A stretch of 64,000 nt of DNA, taken from positions 11,966,001 to 12,030,000 of the forward strand of contig OZ024745.1 of assembly GCA_964016885.1 (NCBI GenBank), written 5' to 3'. A program made the translations under genes and the position numbers. Under the pieces are notes generated by a model. It saw only the letters and a list, made by a program, of their open reading frames with translations. It searched no databases and was not told where the DNA came from. Position 1 is the first letter of the stretch, and every line of letters starts with the position of its first letter. Of this stretch, positions 1 to 13,032 are shown piece after piece. This DNA is from Eledone cirrhosa (lineage: Eukaryota).

Positions 1-3000
1 TCCGGCTCTCTCTGTGGGGATTGTCAGAGTGTTTAGAGAGTCAGATAGAATACCTTGCAGTATTTGGTCCGGCTCTCTCTGTGGGGATTGTCAGAGTGTT
101 TAGAGAGTCAGATAGAATACCTTGCAGTATTTGGTCCGGCTCTCTCTGTGGGGATTGTCAGAGTGTTTAGAGAGTCAGATAGAATACCTTGCAGTATTTG
201 GTCCGGCTCTCTCTGTGTGAATTGTCAGAGTGTTTAGAGAGTCAGATAGAATACCTTGCAGTATTTGGTCCGGCTCTCTCTGTGGGGATTGTCAGAGTGT
301 TTAGAGAGTCAGATAGAATACCTTGCAGTATTTGGTCTGGCTCTCTCTGTATCAATTGTCAGAGTCTTTAGAGAGTCAGATAGAATACCTTGCAGTATTT
401 GGTCCGGCTCTCTCTGTGGGGATTGTCAGAGTGTTTAGAGAGTCAGATAGAATACCTTGCAGTATTTGGTCCGGCTCTCTCTGTGTGAATTGTCAGAGTG
501 TTTAGAGAGTCAGATAGAATACCTTGCAGTATTTGGTCCGGCTCTCTCTGTGTGAATTGTCAGAGTGTTTAGAGAGTCAGATAGAATACCTTGCAGTATT
601 TGGTCTGGCTCTCTCTGTATCAATTGTCAGAGTCTTTAGAGAGTCAGATAGAATACCTTGCAGTATTTGGTCTGGCTCTCTCTGTGGGAATTGTCAGAGT
701 GTTTAGAGAGTCAGATAGAATACCTTGCAGTATTTGGTCTGGCTCTCTCTGTATCAATTGTCAGAGTGTTTAGAGAGTCAGATAGAATACCTTGCAGTAT
801 TTGGTCTGGCTCTCTCTGTATCAATTGTCAGAGTGTTTAGAGAGTCAGATAGAATACCTTGCAGTATTTGGTCTGGCTCTCTCTGTATCAATTGTCAGAG
901 TGTTTAGAGAGTCAGATAGAATACCTTGCAGTATTTGGTCTGGCTCTCTCTGTATCAATTGTCAGAGTGTTTAGAGAGTCAGATAGAATACCTTGCAGTA
1001 TTTGGTCTGGCTCTCTCTGTATCAATTGTCAGAGTGTTTAGAGAGTCAGATAGAATACCTTGCAGTATTTAGTCCGGCTCTCTCTGTATCAATTGTCAGA
1101 GTCTATAGAGAGTCAGATAGAATACCTTGCAGTATTTAGTCCGGCTCTCTCTGTATCAATTGTCAGAGTCTTTAGAGAGTCAGATAGAATACCTTGCATT
1201 ATTTGGTCCGGCTCTCTCTGTGGGGATTGTCAGAGTCTTTAGAGAGTCAGATAGAATACCTTGCATTATTTGGTCCGGCTCTCTCTGTGGGGATTGTCAG
1301 AGTCTTTAGAGAGTCAGATAGAATACCTTGCAGTATTTGGTCTGGCTCTCTCTCTGTGAATTGTCAGAGTCTTTAGAGAGTCAGATAGAATACCTTGCAG
1401 TATTTGATCTGGCTCTCTCTGTGGGAATTGTCAGAGTGTTTAGAGAGTCAGATAGAATACCTTGCAGTATTTGATCTGGCTCTCTCTGTGGGAATTGTCA
1501 GAGTCTTTAGAGAGTCAGATAGAATACCTTGCAGTATTTGATCTGGCTCTCTCTGTGGGAATTGTCAGAGTGTTTAGAGAGTCAGATAGAATACCTTGCA
1601 GTATTTGGTCCGGCTCTCTCTGTGGGGATTGTCAGAGTCTTTAGAGAGTCAGATAGAATACCTTGCATTATTTGGTCCGGCTCTCTCTGTGGGGATTGTC
1701 AGAGTCTTTAGAGAGTCAGATAGAATACCTTGCAGTATTTGGTCTGGCTCTCTCTGTGGGGATTGTCAGAGTCTTTAGAGAGTCAGATAGAATACCTTGC
1801 ATTATTTGGTCCGGCTCTCTCTGTGGGGATTGTCAGAGTCTTTAGAGAGTCAGATAGAATACCTTGCATTATTTGGTCCGGCTCTCTCTGTGGGGATTGT
1901 CAGAGTCTTTAGAGAGTCAGATAGAATACCTTGCAGTATTTGGTCCGGCTCTCTCTGTGGGAATTGTCAGAGTCTTTAGAGAGTCAGATAGAATACCTTG
2001 CAGTATTTGATCTGGCTCTCTCTGTGGGAATTGTCAGAGTGTTTAGAGAGTCAGATAGAATACCTTGCAGTATTTGGTCCGGCTCTCTCTGTGGGGATTG
2101 TCAGAGTGTTTAGAGAGTCAGATAGAATACCTTGCAGTATTTGGTCTGGCTCTCTCTGTGGGGATTGGCAGAGTGTTTAGAGAGTCAGATAGAATACCTT
2201 GCAGTATTTGGTCTGGCTCTCTCTGTATCAATTGTCAGAGTGTTTAGAGAGTCAGATAGAATACCTTGCAGTATTTGGTCTGGCTCTCTCTGTATCAATT
2301 GTCAGAGTGTTTAGAGAGTCAGATAGAATACCTTGCAGTATTTGGTCTGGCTCTCTCTGTATCAATTGTCAGAGTGTTTAGAGAGTCAGATAGAATACCT
2401 TGCAGTATTTGGTCTGGCTCTCTCTGTATCAATTGTCAGAGTGTTTAGAGAGTCAGATAGAATACCTTGCAGTATTTGGTCTGGCTCTCTCTGTATCAAT
2501 TGTCAGAGTGTTTAGAGAGTCAGATAGAATACCTTGCAGTATTTGGTCTGGCTCTCTCTGTATCAATTGTCAGAGTGTTTAGAGAGTCAGATAGAATACC
2601 TTGCAGTATTTGGTCTGGCTCTCTCTGTATCAATTGTCAGAGTGTTTAGAGAGTCAGATAGAATACCTTGCAGTATTTGGTCTGGCTCTCTCTGTATCAA
2701 TTGTCAGAGTGTTTAGAGAGTTAGATAGAATACCTTGCAGTATTTGGTCTGGCTCTCTCTGTATCAATTGTCAGAGTGTTTAGAGAGTCAGATAGAATAC
2801 CTTGCAGTATTTGGTCCGGCTCTCTCTGTATCAATTGTCAGAGTGTTTAGAGAGTCAGATAGAATACCTTGCAGTATTTGGTCCGGCTCTCTCTGTATCA
2901 ATTGTCAGAGTGTTTAGAGAGTCAGATAGAATACCTTGCAGTATTTGGTCCGGCTCTCTCTGTGGGAATTGTCAGAGTCTTTAGAGAGTCAGATAGAATA

Positions 3001-6000
3001 CCTTGCAGTATTTGATCTGGCTCTCTCTGTGGGGATTGGCAGAGTGTTTAGAGAGTCAGATAGAATACCTTGCAGTATTTGGTCTGGCTCTCTCTGTGGG
3101 GATTGGCAGAGTCTTTAGAGAGTCAGATAGAATACCTTGCAGTATTTGGTCCGGCTCTCTCTGTGGGGATTGTCAGAGTGTTTAGAGAGTCAGATAGAAT
3201 ACCTTGCAGTATTTGGTCTGGCTCTCTCTCTGTGAATTGTCAGAGTGTTTAGAGAGTCAGATAGAATACCTTGCAGTATTTGGTCCGGCTCTCTCTGTGG
3301 GAATTGTCAGAGTCTATAGAGAGTCAGATAGAATACCTTGCAGTATTTGGTCTGGCTCTCTCTCTGTGAATTGTCAGAGTGTTTAGAGAGTCAGATAGAA
3401 TACCTTGCAGTATTTGGTCCGGCTCTCTCTGTGGGAATTGTCAGAGTCTATAGAGAGTCAGATAGAATACCTTGCAGTATTTGGTCCGGCTCTCTCTGTG
3501 GGGATTGGCAGAGTGTTTAGAGAGTCAGATAGAATACCTTGCAGTATTTGGTCTGGCTCTCTCTCTGTGAATTGTCAGAGTCTATAGAGAGTCAGATAGA
3601 ATACCTTGCAGTATTTGGTCCGGCTCTCTCTCTGTGAATTGTCAGAGTCTATAGAGAGTCAGATAGAATACCTTGCAGTATTTGGTCCGGCTCTCTCTGT
3701 GGGGATTGGCAGAGTGTTTAGAGAGTCAGATAGAATACCTTGCAGTATTTGGTCTGGCTCTCTCTCTGTGAATTGTCAGAGTGTTTAGAGAGTCAGATAG
3801 AATACCTTGCAGTATTTGGTCCGGCTCTCTCTGTGGGGATTGGCAGAGTCTTTAGAGAGTCAGATAGAATACCTTGCAGTATTTGGTCTGGCTCTCTCTC
3901 TGTGAATTGTCAGAGTCTATAGAGAGTCAGATAGAATACCTTGCAGTATTTGGTCCGGCTCTCTCTGTGGGGATTGTCAGAGTGTTTAGAGAGTCAGATA
4001 GAATACCTTGCAGTATTTGGTCCGGCTCTCTCTGTGTGAATTGGCAGAGTGTTTAGAGAGTCAGATAGAATACCTTGCAGTATTTGGTCCGGCTCTCTCT
4101 GTGGGGATTGTCAGAGTGTTTAGAGAGTCAGATAGAATACCTTGCAGTATTTGGTCCGGCTCTCTCTGTGTGAATTGGCAGAGTGTTTAGAGAGTCAGAT
4201 AGAATACCTTGCAGTATTTGGTCCGGCTCTCTCTGTGGGGATTGTCAGAGTCTATAGAGAGTCAGATAGAATACCTTGCAGTATTTGGTCCGGCTCTCTC
4301 TGTGGGGATTGTCAGAGTGTTTAGAGAGTCAGATAGAATACCTTGCAGTATTTGGTCCGGCTCTCTCTGTGTGAATTGGCAGAGTGTTTAGAGAGTCAGA
4401 TAGAATACCTTGCAGTATTTGGTCCGGCTCTCTCTCTGTGAATTGTCAGAGTCTATAGAGAGTCAGATAGAATACCTTGCAGTATTTGGTCCGGCTCTCT
4501 CTGTGGGAATTGTCAGAGTGTTTAGAGAGTCAGATAGAATACCTTGCAGTATTTGGTCCGGCTCTCTCTGTGTGAATTGGCAGAGTGTTTAGAGAGTCAG
4601 ATAGAATACCTTGCAGTATTTGGTCTGGCTCTCTCTGTGGGGATTGGCAGAGTGTTTAGAGAGTCAGATAGAATACCTTGCAGTATTTGGTCTGGCTCTC
4701 TCTGTGGGGATTGGCAGAGTGTTTAGAGAGTCAGATAGAATACCTTGCAGTATTTGGTCCGGCTCTCTCTGTGTGAATTGGCAGAGTGTTTAGAGAGTCA
4801 GATAGAATACCTTGCAGTATTTGGTCCGGCTCTCTCTGTGTGAATTGTCAGAGTGTTTAGAGAGTCAGATAGAATACCTTGCAGTATTTGGTCTGGCTCT
4901 CTCTGTGGGGATTGGCAGAGTGTTTAGAGAGTCAGATAGAATACCTTGCAGTATTTGGTCTGGCTCTCTCTGTGGGGATTGGCAGAGTGTTTAGAGAGTC
5001 AGATAGAATACCTTGCAGTATTTGGTCTGGCTCTCTCTGTGGGGATTGGCAGAGTGTTTAGAGAGTCAGATAGAATACCTTGCAGTATTTGGTCTGGCTC
5101 TCTCTGTGGGGATTGGCAGAGTGTTTAGAGAGTCAGATAGAATACCTTGCAGTATTTGGTCTGGCTCTCTCTGTGGGGATTGGCAGAGTGTTTAGAGAGT
5201 CAGATAGAATACCTTGCAGTATTTGGTCTGGCTCTCTCTGTGGGGATTGGCAGAGTGTTTAGAGAGTCAGATAGAATACCTTGCAGTATTTGGTCTGGCT
5301 CTCTCTGTGGGGATTGGCAGAGTGTTTAGAGAGTCAGATAGAATACCTTGCAGTATTTGGTCTGGCTCTCTCTGTGGGGATTGGCAGAGTGTTTAGAGAG
5401 TCAGATAGAATACCTTGCAGTATTTGGTCTGGCTCTCTCTGTGGGGATTGGCAGAGTGTTTAGAGAGTCAGATAGAATACCTTGCAGTATTTGGTCTGGC
5501 TCTCTCTGTGGGGATTGGCAGAGTGTTTAGAGAGTCAGATAGAATACCTTGCAGTATTTGGTCTGGCTCTCTCTGTGGGGATTGGCAGAGTGTTTAGAGA
5601 GTCAGATAGAATACCTTGCAGTATTTGGTCCGGCTCTCTCTGTGTGAATTGTCAGAGTGTTTAGAGAGTCAGATAGAATACCTTGCAGTATTTGGTCTGG
5701 CTCTCTCTGTGGGGATTGGCAGAGTGTTTAGAGAGTCAGATAGAATACCTTGCAGTATTTGGTCTGGCTCTCTCTGTGGGGATTGGCAGAGTGTTTAGAG
5801 AGTCAGATAGAATACCTTGCAGTATTTGGTCCGGCTCTCTCTGTGTGAATTGTCAGAGTGTTTAGAGAGTCAGATAGAATACCTTGCAGTATTTGGTCTG
5901 GCTCTCTCTGTGGGGATTGGCAGAGTGTTTAGAGAGTCAGATAGAATACCTTGCAGTATTTGGTCTGGCTCTCTCTGTGGGGATTGGCAGAGTGTTTAGA

Positions 6001-9000
6001 GAGTCAGATAGAATACCTTGCAGTATTTGGTCTGGCTCTCTCTGTGGGGATTGGCAGAGTGTTTAGAGAGTCAGATAGAATACCTTGCAGTATTTGGTCT
6101 GGCTCTCTCTGTGGGGATTGGCAGAGTGTTTAGAGAGTCAGATAGAATACCTTGCAGTATTTGGTCTGGCTCTCTCTGTGGGGATTGGCAGAGTGTTTAG
6201 AGAGTCAGATAGAATACCTTGCAGTATTTGGTCCGGCTCTCTCTGTGTGAATTGTCAGAGTGTTTAGAGAGTCAGATAGAATACCTTGCAGTATTTGGTC
6301 TGGCTCTCTCTGTGGGGATTGGCAGAGTGTTTAGAGAGTCAGATAGAATACCTTGCAGTATTTGGTCTGGCTCTCTCTGTGGGGATTGGCAGAGTGTTTA
6401 GAGAGTCAGATAGAATACCTTGCAGTATTTGGTCTGGCTCTCTCTGTGGGGATTGGCAGAGTGTTTAGAGAGTCAGATAGAATACCTTGCAGTATTTGGT
6501 CTGGCTCTCTCTGTGGGGATTGGCAGAGTGTTTAGAGAGTCAGATAGAATACCTTGCAGTATTTGGTCTGGCTCTCTCTGTGGGGATTGGCAGAGTGTTT
6601 AGAGAGTCAGATAGAATACCTTGCAGTATTTGGTCCGGCTCTCTCTGTGTGAATTGGCAGAGTGTTTAGAGAGTCAGATAGAATACCTTGCAGTATTTGG
6701 TCCGGCTCTCTCTGTGTGAATTGTCAGAGTGTTTAGAGAGTCAGATAGAATACCTTGCAGTATTTGGTCTGGCTCTCTCTGTGGGGATTGGCAGAGTGTT
6801 TAGAGAGTCAGATAGAATACCTTGCAGTATTTGGTCCGGCTCTCTCTGTGGGGATTGGCAGAGTGTTTAGAGAGTCAGATAGAATACCTTGCAGTATTTG
6901 GTCCGGCTCTCTCTGTGTGAATTGTCAGAGTGTTTAGAGAGTCAGATAGAATACCTTGCAGTATTTGGTCCGGCTCTCTCTGTGGGGATTGTCAGAGTGT
7001 TTAGAGAGTCAGATAGAATACCTTGCAGTATTTGGTCCGGCTCTCTCTGTGTGAATTGTCAGAGTGTTTAGAGAGTCAGATAGAATACCTTGCAGTATTT
7101 GGTCCGGCTCTCTCTGTGTGAATTGTCAGAGTGTTTAGAGAGTCAGATAGAATACCTTGCAGTATTTGGTCCGGCTCTCTCTGTGTGAATTGTCAGAGTC
7201 TTTAGAGAGTCAGATAGAATACCTTGCAGTATTTGGTCCGGCTCTCTCTGTGTGAATTGTCAGAGTGTTTAGAGAGTCAGATAGAATACCTTGCAGTATT
7301 TGGTCCGGCTCTCTCTGTGGGGATTGTCAGAGTGTTTAGAGAGTCAGATAGAATACCTTGCAGTATTTGGTCCGGCTCTCTCTGTATCAATTGTCAGAGT
7401 CTTTAGAGAGTCAGATAGAATACCTTGCAGTATTTGGTCTGGCTCTCTCTGTGGGGATTGGCAGAGTGTTTAGAGAGTCAGATAGAATACCTTGCAGTAT
7501 TTGGTCCGGCTCTCTCTGTGGGGATTGGCAGAGTGTTTAGAGAGTCAGATAGAATACCTTGCAGTATTTGGTCCGGCTCTCTCTGTGGGGATTGTCAGAG
7601 TGTTTAGAGAGTCAGATAGAATACCTTGCAGTATTTGGTCCGGCTCTCTCTGTATCAATTGTCAGAGTCTTTAGAGAGTCAGATAGAATACCTTGCAGTA
7701 TTTGGTCTGGCTCTCTCTGTGGGGATTGGCAGAGTGTTTAGAGAGTCAGATAGAATACCTTGCAGTATTTGGTCCGGCTCTCTCTGTGGGGATTGTCAGA
7801 GTGTTTAGAGAGTCAGATAGAATACCTTGCAGTATTTGGTCCGGCTCTCTCTGTGTGAATTGTCAGAGTGTTTAGAGAGTCAGATAGAATACCTTGCAGT
7901 ATTTGGTCTGGCTCTCTCTGTGGGGATTGGCAGAGTGTTTAGAGAGTCAGATAGAATACCTTGCAGTATTTGGTCCGGCTCTCTCTGTGGGGATTGGCAG
8001 AGTGTTTAGAGAGTCAGATAGAATACCTTGCAGTATTTGGTCCGGCTCTCTCTGTGTGAATTGTCAGAGTGTTTAGAGAGTCAGATAGAATACCTTGCAG
8101 TATTTGGTCTGGCTCTCTCTGTGGGGATTGGCAGAGTGTTTAGAGAGTCAGATAGAATACCTTGCAGTATTTGGTCCGGCTCTCTCTGTGTGAATTGGCA
8201 GAGTGTTTAGAGAGTCAGATAGAATACCTTGCAGTATTTGGTCCGGCTCTCTCTGTGGGGATTGGCAGAGTGTTTAGAGAGTCAGATAGAATACCTTGCA
8301 GTATTTGGTCTGGCTCTCTCTGTGGGGATTGGCAGAGTGTTTAGAGAGTCAGATAGAATACCTTGCAGTATTTGGTCCGGCTCTCTCTGTGGGAATTGTC
8401 AGAGTGTTTAGAGAGTCAGATAGAATACCTTGCAGTATTTGGTCCGGCTCTCTCTGTGAATTGGCAGAGTGTTTAGAGAGTCAGATAGAATACCTTGCAG
8501 TATTTGGTCCGGCTCTCTCTGTGGGGATTGTCAGAGTGTTTAGAGAGTCAGATAGAATACCTTGCAGTATTTGGTCCGGCTCTCTCTGTGGGAATTGTCA
8601 GAGTGTTTAGAGAGTCAGATAGAATACCTTGCAGTATTTGGTCCGGCTCTCTCTGTGAATTGGCAGAGTCTTTAGAGAGTCAGATAGAATACCTTGCAGT
8701 ATTTGGTCCGGCTCTCTCTGTGGGGATTGTCAGAGTGTTTAGAGAGTCAGATAGAATACCTTGCAGTATTTGGTCCGGCTCTCTCTGTGTGAATTGTCAG
8801 AGTGTTTAGAGAGTCAGATAGAATACCTTGCAGTATTTGGTCCGGCTCTCTCTGTGAATTGGCAGAGTGTTTAGAGAGTCAGATAGAATACCTTGCAGTA
8901 TTTGGTCCGGCTCTCTCTGTGTGAATTGGCAGAGTGTTTAGAGAGTCAGATAGAATACCTTGCAGTATTTGGTCCGGCTCTCTCTGTGTGAATTGGCAGA

Positions 9001-10460
9001 GTGTTTAGAGAGTCAGATAGAATACCTTGCAGTATTTGGTCCGGCTCTCTCTGTGGGGATTGTCAGAGTCTTTAGAGAGTCAGATAGAATACCTTGCAGT
9101 ATTTGGTCCGGCTCTCTCTGTGGGGATTGTCAGAGTCTTTAGAGAGTCAGATAGAATACCTTGCAGTATTTGGTCCGGCTCTCTCTGTGGGGATTGTCAG
9201 AGTCTTTAGAGAGTCAGATAGAATACCTTGCAGTATTTGGTCCGGCTCTCTCTGTGTGAATTGGCAGAGTGTTTAGAGAGTCAGATAGAATACCTTGCAG
9301 TATTTGGTCCGGCTCTCTCTGTGTGAATTGGCAGAGTCTTTAGAGAGTCAGAGAGAATACCTTGCAGTATTTGGTCTGGCTCTCTCTGTGTGAATTGGCA
9401 GAGTCTTTAGAGAGTCAGAGAGAATACCTTGCAGTATTTGGTCCGGCTCTCTCTGTGTGAATTGGCAGAGTCTTTAGAGAGTCAGATAGAATACCTTGCA
9501 GTATTTGGTCCGGCTCTCTCTGTGTGAATTGGCAGAGTGTTTAGAGAGTCAGATAGAATACCTTGCAGTATTTGGTCCGGCTCTCTCTGTGTGAATTGTC
9601 AGAGTGTTTAGAGAGTCAGATAGAATACCTTGCAGTATTTGGTCCGGCTCTCTCTGTGTGAATTGGCAGAGTCTTTAGAGAGTCAGAGAGAATACCTTGC
9701 AGTATTTGGTCCGGCTCTCTCTGTGTGAATTGGCAGAGTCTTTAGAGAGTCAGAGAGAATACCTTGCAGTATTTGGTCCGGCTCTCTCTGTGTGAATTGG
9801 CAGAGTGTTTAGAGAGTCAGATAGAATACCTTGCAGTATTTGGTCCGGCTCTCTCTGTGGGGATTGTCAGAGTGTTTAGAGAGTCAGATAGAATACCTTG
9901 CAGTATTTGGTCCGGCTCTCTCTGTGGGAATTGTCAGAGTCTTTAGAGAGTCAGATAGAATACCTTGCAGTATTTGGTCTGGCTCTCTCTGTGGGGATTG
10001 GCAGAGTCTATAGAGAGTCAGATAGAATACCTTGCAGTATTTGGTCTGGCTCTCTCTGTGGGGATTGGCAGAGTCTATAGAGAGTCAGATAGAATACCTT
10101 GCAGTATTTGGTCTGGCTCTCTCTGTGGGGATTGGCAGAGTCTATAGAGAGTCAGATAGAATACCTTGCAGTATTTGGTCTGGCTCTCTCTGTGGGGATT
10201 GGCAGAGTCTATAGAGAGTCAGATAGAATACCTTGCAGTATTTGGTCTGGCTCTCTCTGTGGGGATTGGCAGAGTCTATAGAGAGTCAGATAGAATACCT
10301 TGCAGTATTTGGTCTGGCTCTCTCTGTGGGGATTGGCAGAGTCTATAGAGAGTCAGATAGAATACCTTGCAGTATTTGGTCTGGCTCTCTCTGTATCAAT
10401 TGTCAGAGTCTATAGAGAGTCAGATAGAATACCTTGCAGTATTTGGTCTGGCTCTCTCTG
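1..10460 (+). repeat. 67-bp tandem satellite (~156 units, runs off the window start), apparently derived from a SINE 5' head
   Basis: Unit TCYGGCTCTCTCTGTGGGGATTGKCAGAGTSTTTAGAGAGTCAGATAGAATACCTTGCAGTATTTGG repeats with a 67-bp period; ORF-track starts are spaced by 67. A few 65-bp units occur near 8450-8860. Confidence 0.98.
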
Positions 10461-10545
10461 CGTTCAAATCTCGCCGAGATCAATTTTCTGCTATTCGAAG
10501 TCGATATGAAAACTAGCAGTGCAGTACATGGTTCGATTCTTCCTC
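10457..10545 (+). mobile_element. Degenerate SINE body (B-box and central domain) continuous with the last satellite unit
   Basis: TCTGCGTTCAAATCTCGCCGAGATCAATTTT...GTCGATATGAAAACTAGCAGT resembles TCTGAGTTCAAATCCCGCCGAGGTTAACTTTG...GTCGATAAAATAAAGTACCAGT of the SINEs at 12229 and 55313. Confidence 0.75.
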
Positions 10546-10577
10546 TATATCTCTTTCTCCCCCCCCCCCCCTCCCCC

Positions 10578-10624
<47 letters not shown>

Positions 10625-10657
10625 CCTCTCTCTTTCGTTGTCTCCGCCACCTCTTCC

Positions 10658-10753
<96 letters not shown>

Positions 10754-10756
<3 letters not shown>

Positions 10757-11494
10757 ATCAAAAGATGGTTAAATGAGTTCCATGTATTTTATTATGCGCA
10801 TTTCAAAAACAAATATCATCATACAATAACATTTGTGTTTTCATCAAATAAAATAGGAGGACATGATATGAAGGTTAGAAAACACTTGTGGATAGTGCAG
10901 TTTTAAATCAACATATGAAAATAGTTTTAGATTGATCTGTGATATTGGGAAAAAAAAAATTGAGGGGTGGGTGGAAAGGATGAAAAAGAGGAGGAGATGA
11001 GAGTAAAAAGTGGAGGGGAGGAGTATAGTGAGGAAGGATTAGATAGGAGGAGAGATGGGTGATAGAGAGAGAGAGATAGCATTTATAACTGAGAAAAATA
11101 TATTGTTTTACAATATATTTTGTTTTACAATATATTTTTCTCAGTTATAAATGCTATCTCTCTCTCTCTATCACCCATCTCTCCTCCTATCTCATCCTTC
11201 CTCACTATACTCCTCCCCCTCCACTTTTTACTCTCATCTCCTCCTCTTTTTCATACTTTCCACCCCCACCCACCCCCCACAACTCAAAATTTTTTTTTTT
11301 TTTTTTTCCCAATATCACACATCAATCTAAAACTACTTTTCATATGTTGATTTAAAACTGCACTATCCACAAGTGTTTTTTAACCTTCATATCATGTCCT
11401 ATTTTATCTGATGAAAACACAAATGTTATTGCATGATGATTTTGAAATGCGCATAATAAAATACATGTAACTCATTTAACCATCTTTTGATCTT
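10754..11494. mobile_element. Fold-back element (inverted PLE-type terminal repeats, ~360-bp arms, no ORF)
   Basis: AAGATCAAAAGATGGTTAAATGAG at the left end is the reverse complement of CTCATTTAACCATCTTTTGATCTT at the right end. Centre is ~11110-11130. A long (TA)n tract flanks the left end. Confidence 0.85.
11400..11463 (+). ncRNA. Minimal type I hammerhead ribozyme motif
   Basis: TATTTTAT-CTGATGA-AAA...TTT-GAAA-TGCGCA-TA-ATAAAATA: stem I, intact core, palindromic stem III. The mirror copy at ~10785-10855 has TTGATGA. Confidence 0.8.
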
Positions 11495-11586
11495 ATATAT
11501 TATGTATACTCCAGTCCTACAAACTGTAGAGTGCTTCTTATCCGATATCTGCATTGCTTTATTGTACTACAATAAAACTCACCTCC

Positions 11587-11631
<45 letters not shown>

Positions 11632-11813
11632 GTTTTTTTCTCAACAGAAATCTGCTGTTCAGATCTGGAGAGGTGATGAGATCTGCCTGGTTTAAAGTAC
11701 TCAATACACTCTATTAACAATTATATATCAAGTCATATATAATACATATATACAGGTATTGACATACATTTAGATGTATACTAGTGTTGACATATATATA
11801 TACTAGTATTGAC

Positions 11814-11857
<44 letters not shown>

Positions 11858-11859
<2 letters not shown>

Positions 11860-11989
11860 CAAAGGAATTTTGGTAAGGAACCAAATGGACCATAACGCAC
11901 CAGAGTACTCAATACTTAGGGTAGTAGAGTGGGACAATCCAGAAATAGCCGTCGAAACGGCTTGAGCTCTGCCGTCAGGGTCATACTTT

Positions 11990-11992
<3 letters not shown>
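11858..11992. mobile_element. Short inverted fragment of a PLE-like terminal-repeat family (also at 31451, 31611, 41566)
   Basis: Inverted 3' tail joined to TCCAGAAATAGCCGTCGAAACGGCTTGAGCTCTGCCGTCAGGGTC, between (TA)n tracts. Confidence 0.6.
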
Positions 11993-12049
<57 letters not shown>

Positions 12050-12228
12050 GCGATGTAAGGTTCTATACAAAACAGTGGATATAAAGGTGGAAATAGCTCG
12101 GAAAATATATTTAAGGGCCTGATTTTCTTTTTTTATCCTTTCTTTGATTTGTCAAAATGACATTATTGAAAAAATGTGAGGGACAATTCTTTTAATAAAA
12201 TGTTTATAATGCATATAAAGTATATAAT

Positions 12229-12416
12229 TGTTTCTACTTTTGGCACAAGGCCAGCAATTACCCAGTACATTACTGGTACTTTATTTTATCGACCCCGTAA
12301 GGATGAAAGGCAAAGTTAACCTCGGCGGGATTTGAACTCAGAATGGCAAGGGCAGTAACTCTATGCGTCAAAGCATACCGTCCGACTCTCTACCGATACT
12401 GCCAATCCACCACCCT
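12229..12416 (-). mobile_element. tRNA-derived SINE with target-site duplication
   Basis: Minus strand shows A-box-like TGGCAGTATCGG, B-box GAGTTCAAATCCC and central CCTTTCATCCTTACGGGGTCGATAAAATAAAGTACCAGT. 13-bp TSD TAAAGTATATAAT at 12216-12228 and 12417-12429. Confidence 0.9.
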
Positions 12417-12646
12417 TAAAGTATATAATGTATATAAAGTATTACCGGTTTCGATGTATTATTAAAATTCATCTTATCAAATGTTGAGTATTGAAATAAA
12501 AAAATGTTAACCCCACCACGCAACATGCTCTACTAGGCAGAATGTCAAAAATGGCCATAAATATGCAAAAGTTATATATACCATGTAGATAACGTGAATA
12601 GACGATTTCAACAATGATAGAATTTTACTTCGAAATCACATGAAAA

Positions 12647-12964
12647 TTATCTGACATCTTAATTTCAATTCAGAAACTTCATTTGAAAACTATATTGTTC
12701 TCTCATATCTCTCACTCTCTCACTCTCTCATTCTCTCACTCTCTCACTCTCTCATTCTCTCACTCTCTCACTCTCTCACTCTCTCACATACACGTACGAG
12801 CGCTATCGCTTCGTCGTCAATCTTTTTGATCTCATAACAATTGATTTTACAAGCTATTGAGATCAAAGTTGCTGTAGTTTCATTCCGGTCAGCCAAAGAT
12901 TGCAGTCAAGTATATGGAGTTTGTAATCCAGCCTGACCTGTCCACCGGCTCACGCATTGATTTG

Positions 12965-13032
<68 letters not shown>

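Noticed and set aside
1-10460. CRISPR-like appearance (constant repeat with a variable segment)
   Set aside because: The variable part is only a few recurring point variants, not unique spacers. There are no cas genes and the context is eukaryotic.
1-10460. Hammerhead-containing satellite of the newt/schistosome type
   Set aside because: Neither strand of the unit contains CTGANGA plus GAAA.
55-10509. More than 100 short (mostly 60-aa) ORFs in the first 10 kb
   Set aside because: They are artefacts of the 67-bp period (TTG starts, a stop every 201 bp) with no protein signature.
12229-12416. tRNA gene
   Set aside because: A- and B-box-like motifs are present, but there is no cloverleaf, and it has a SINE body, a TSD and multiple copies.
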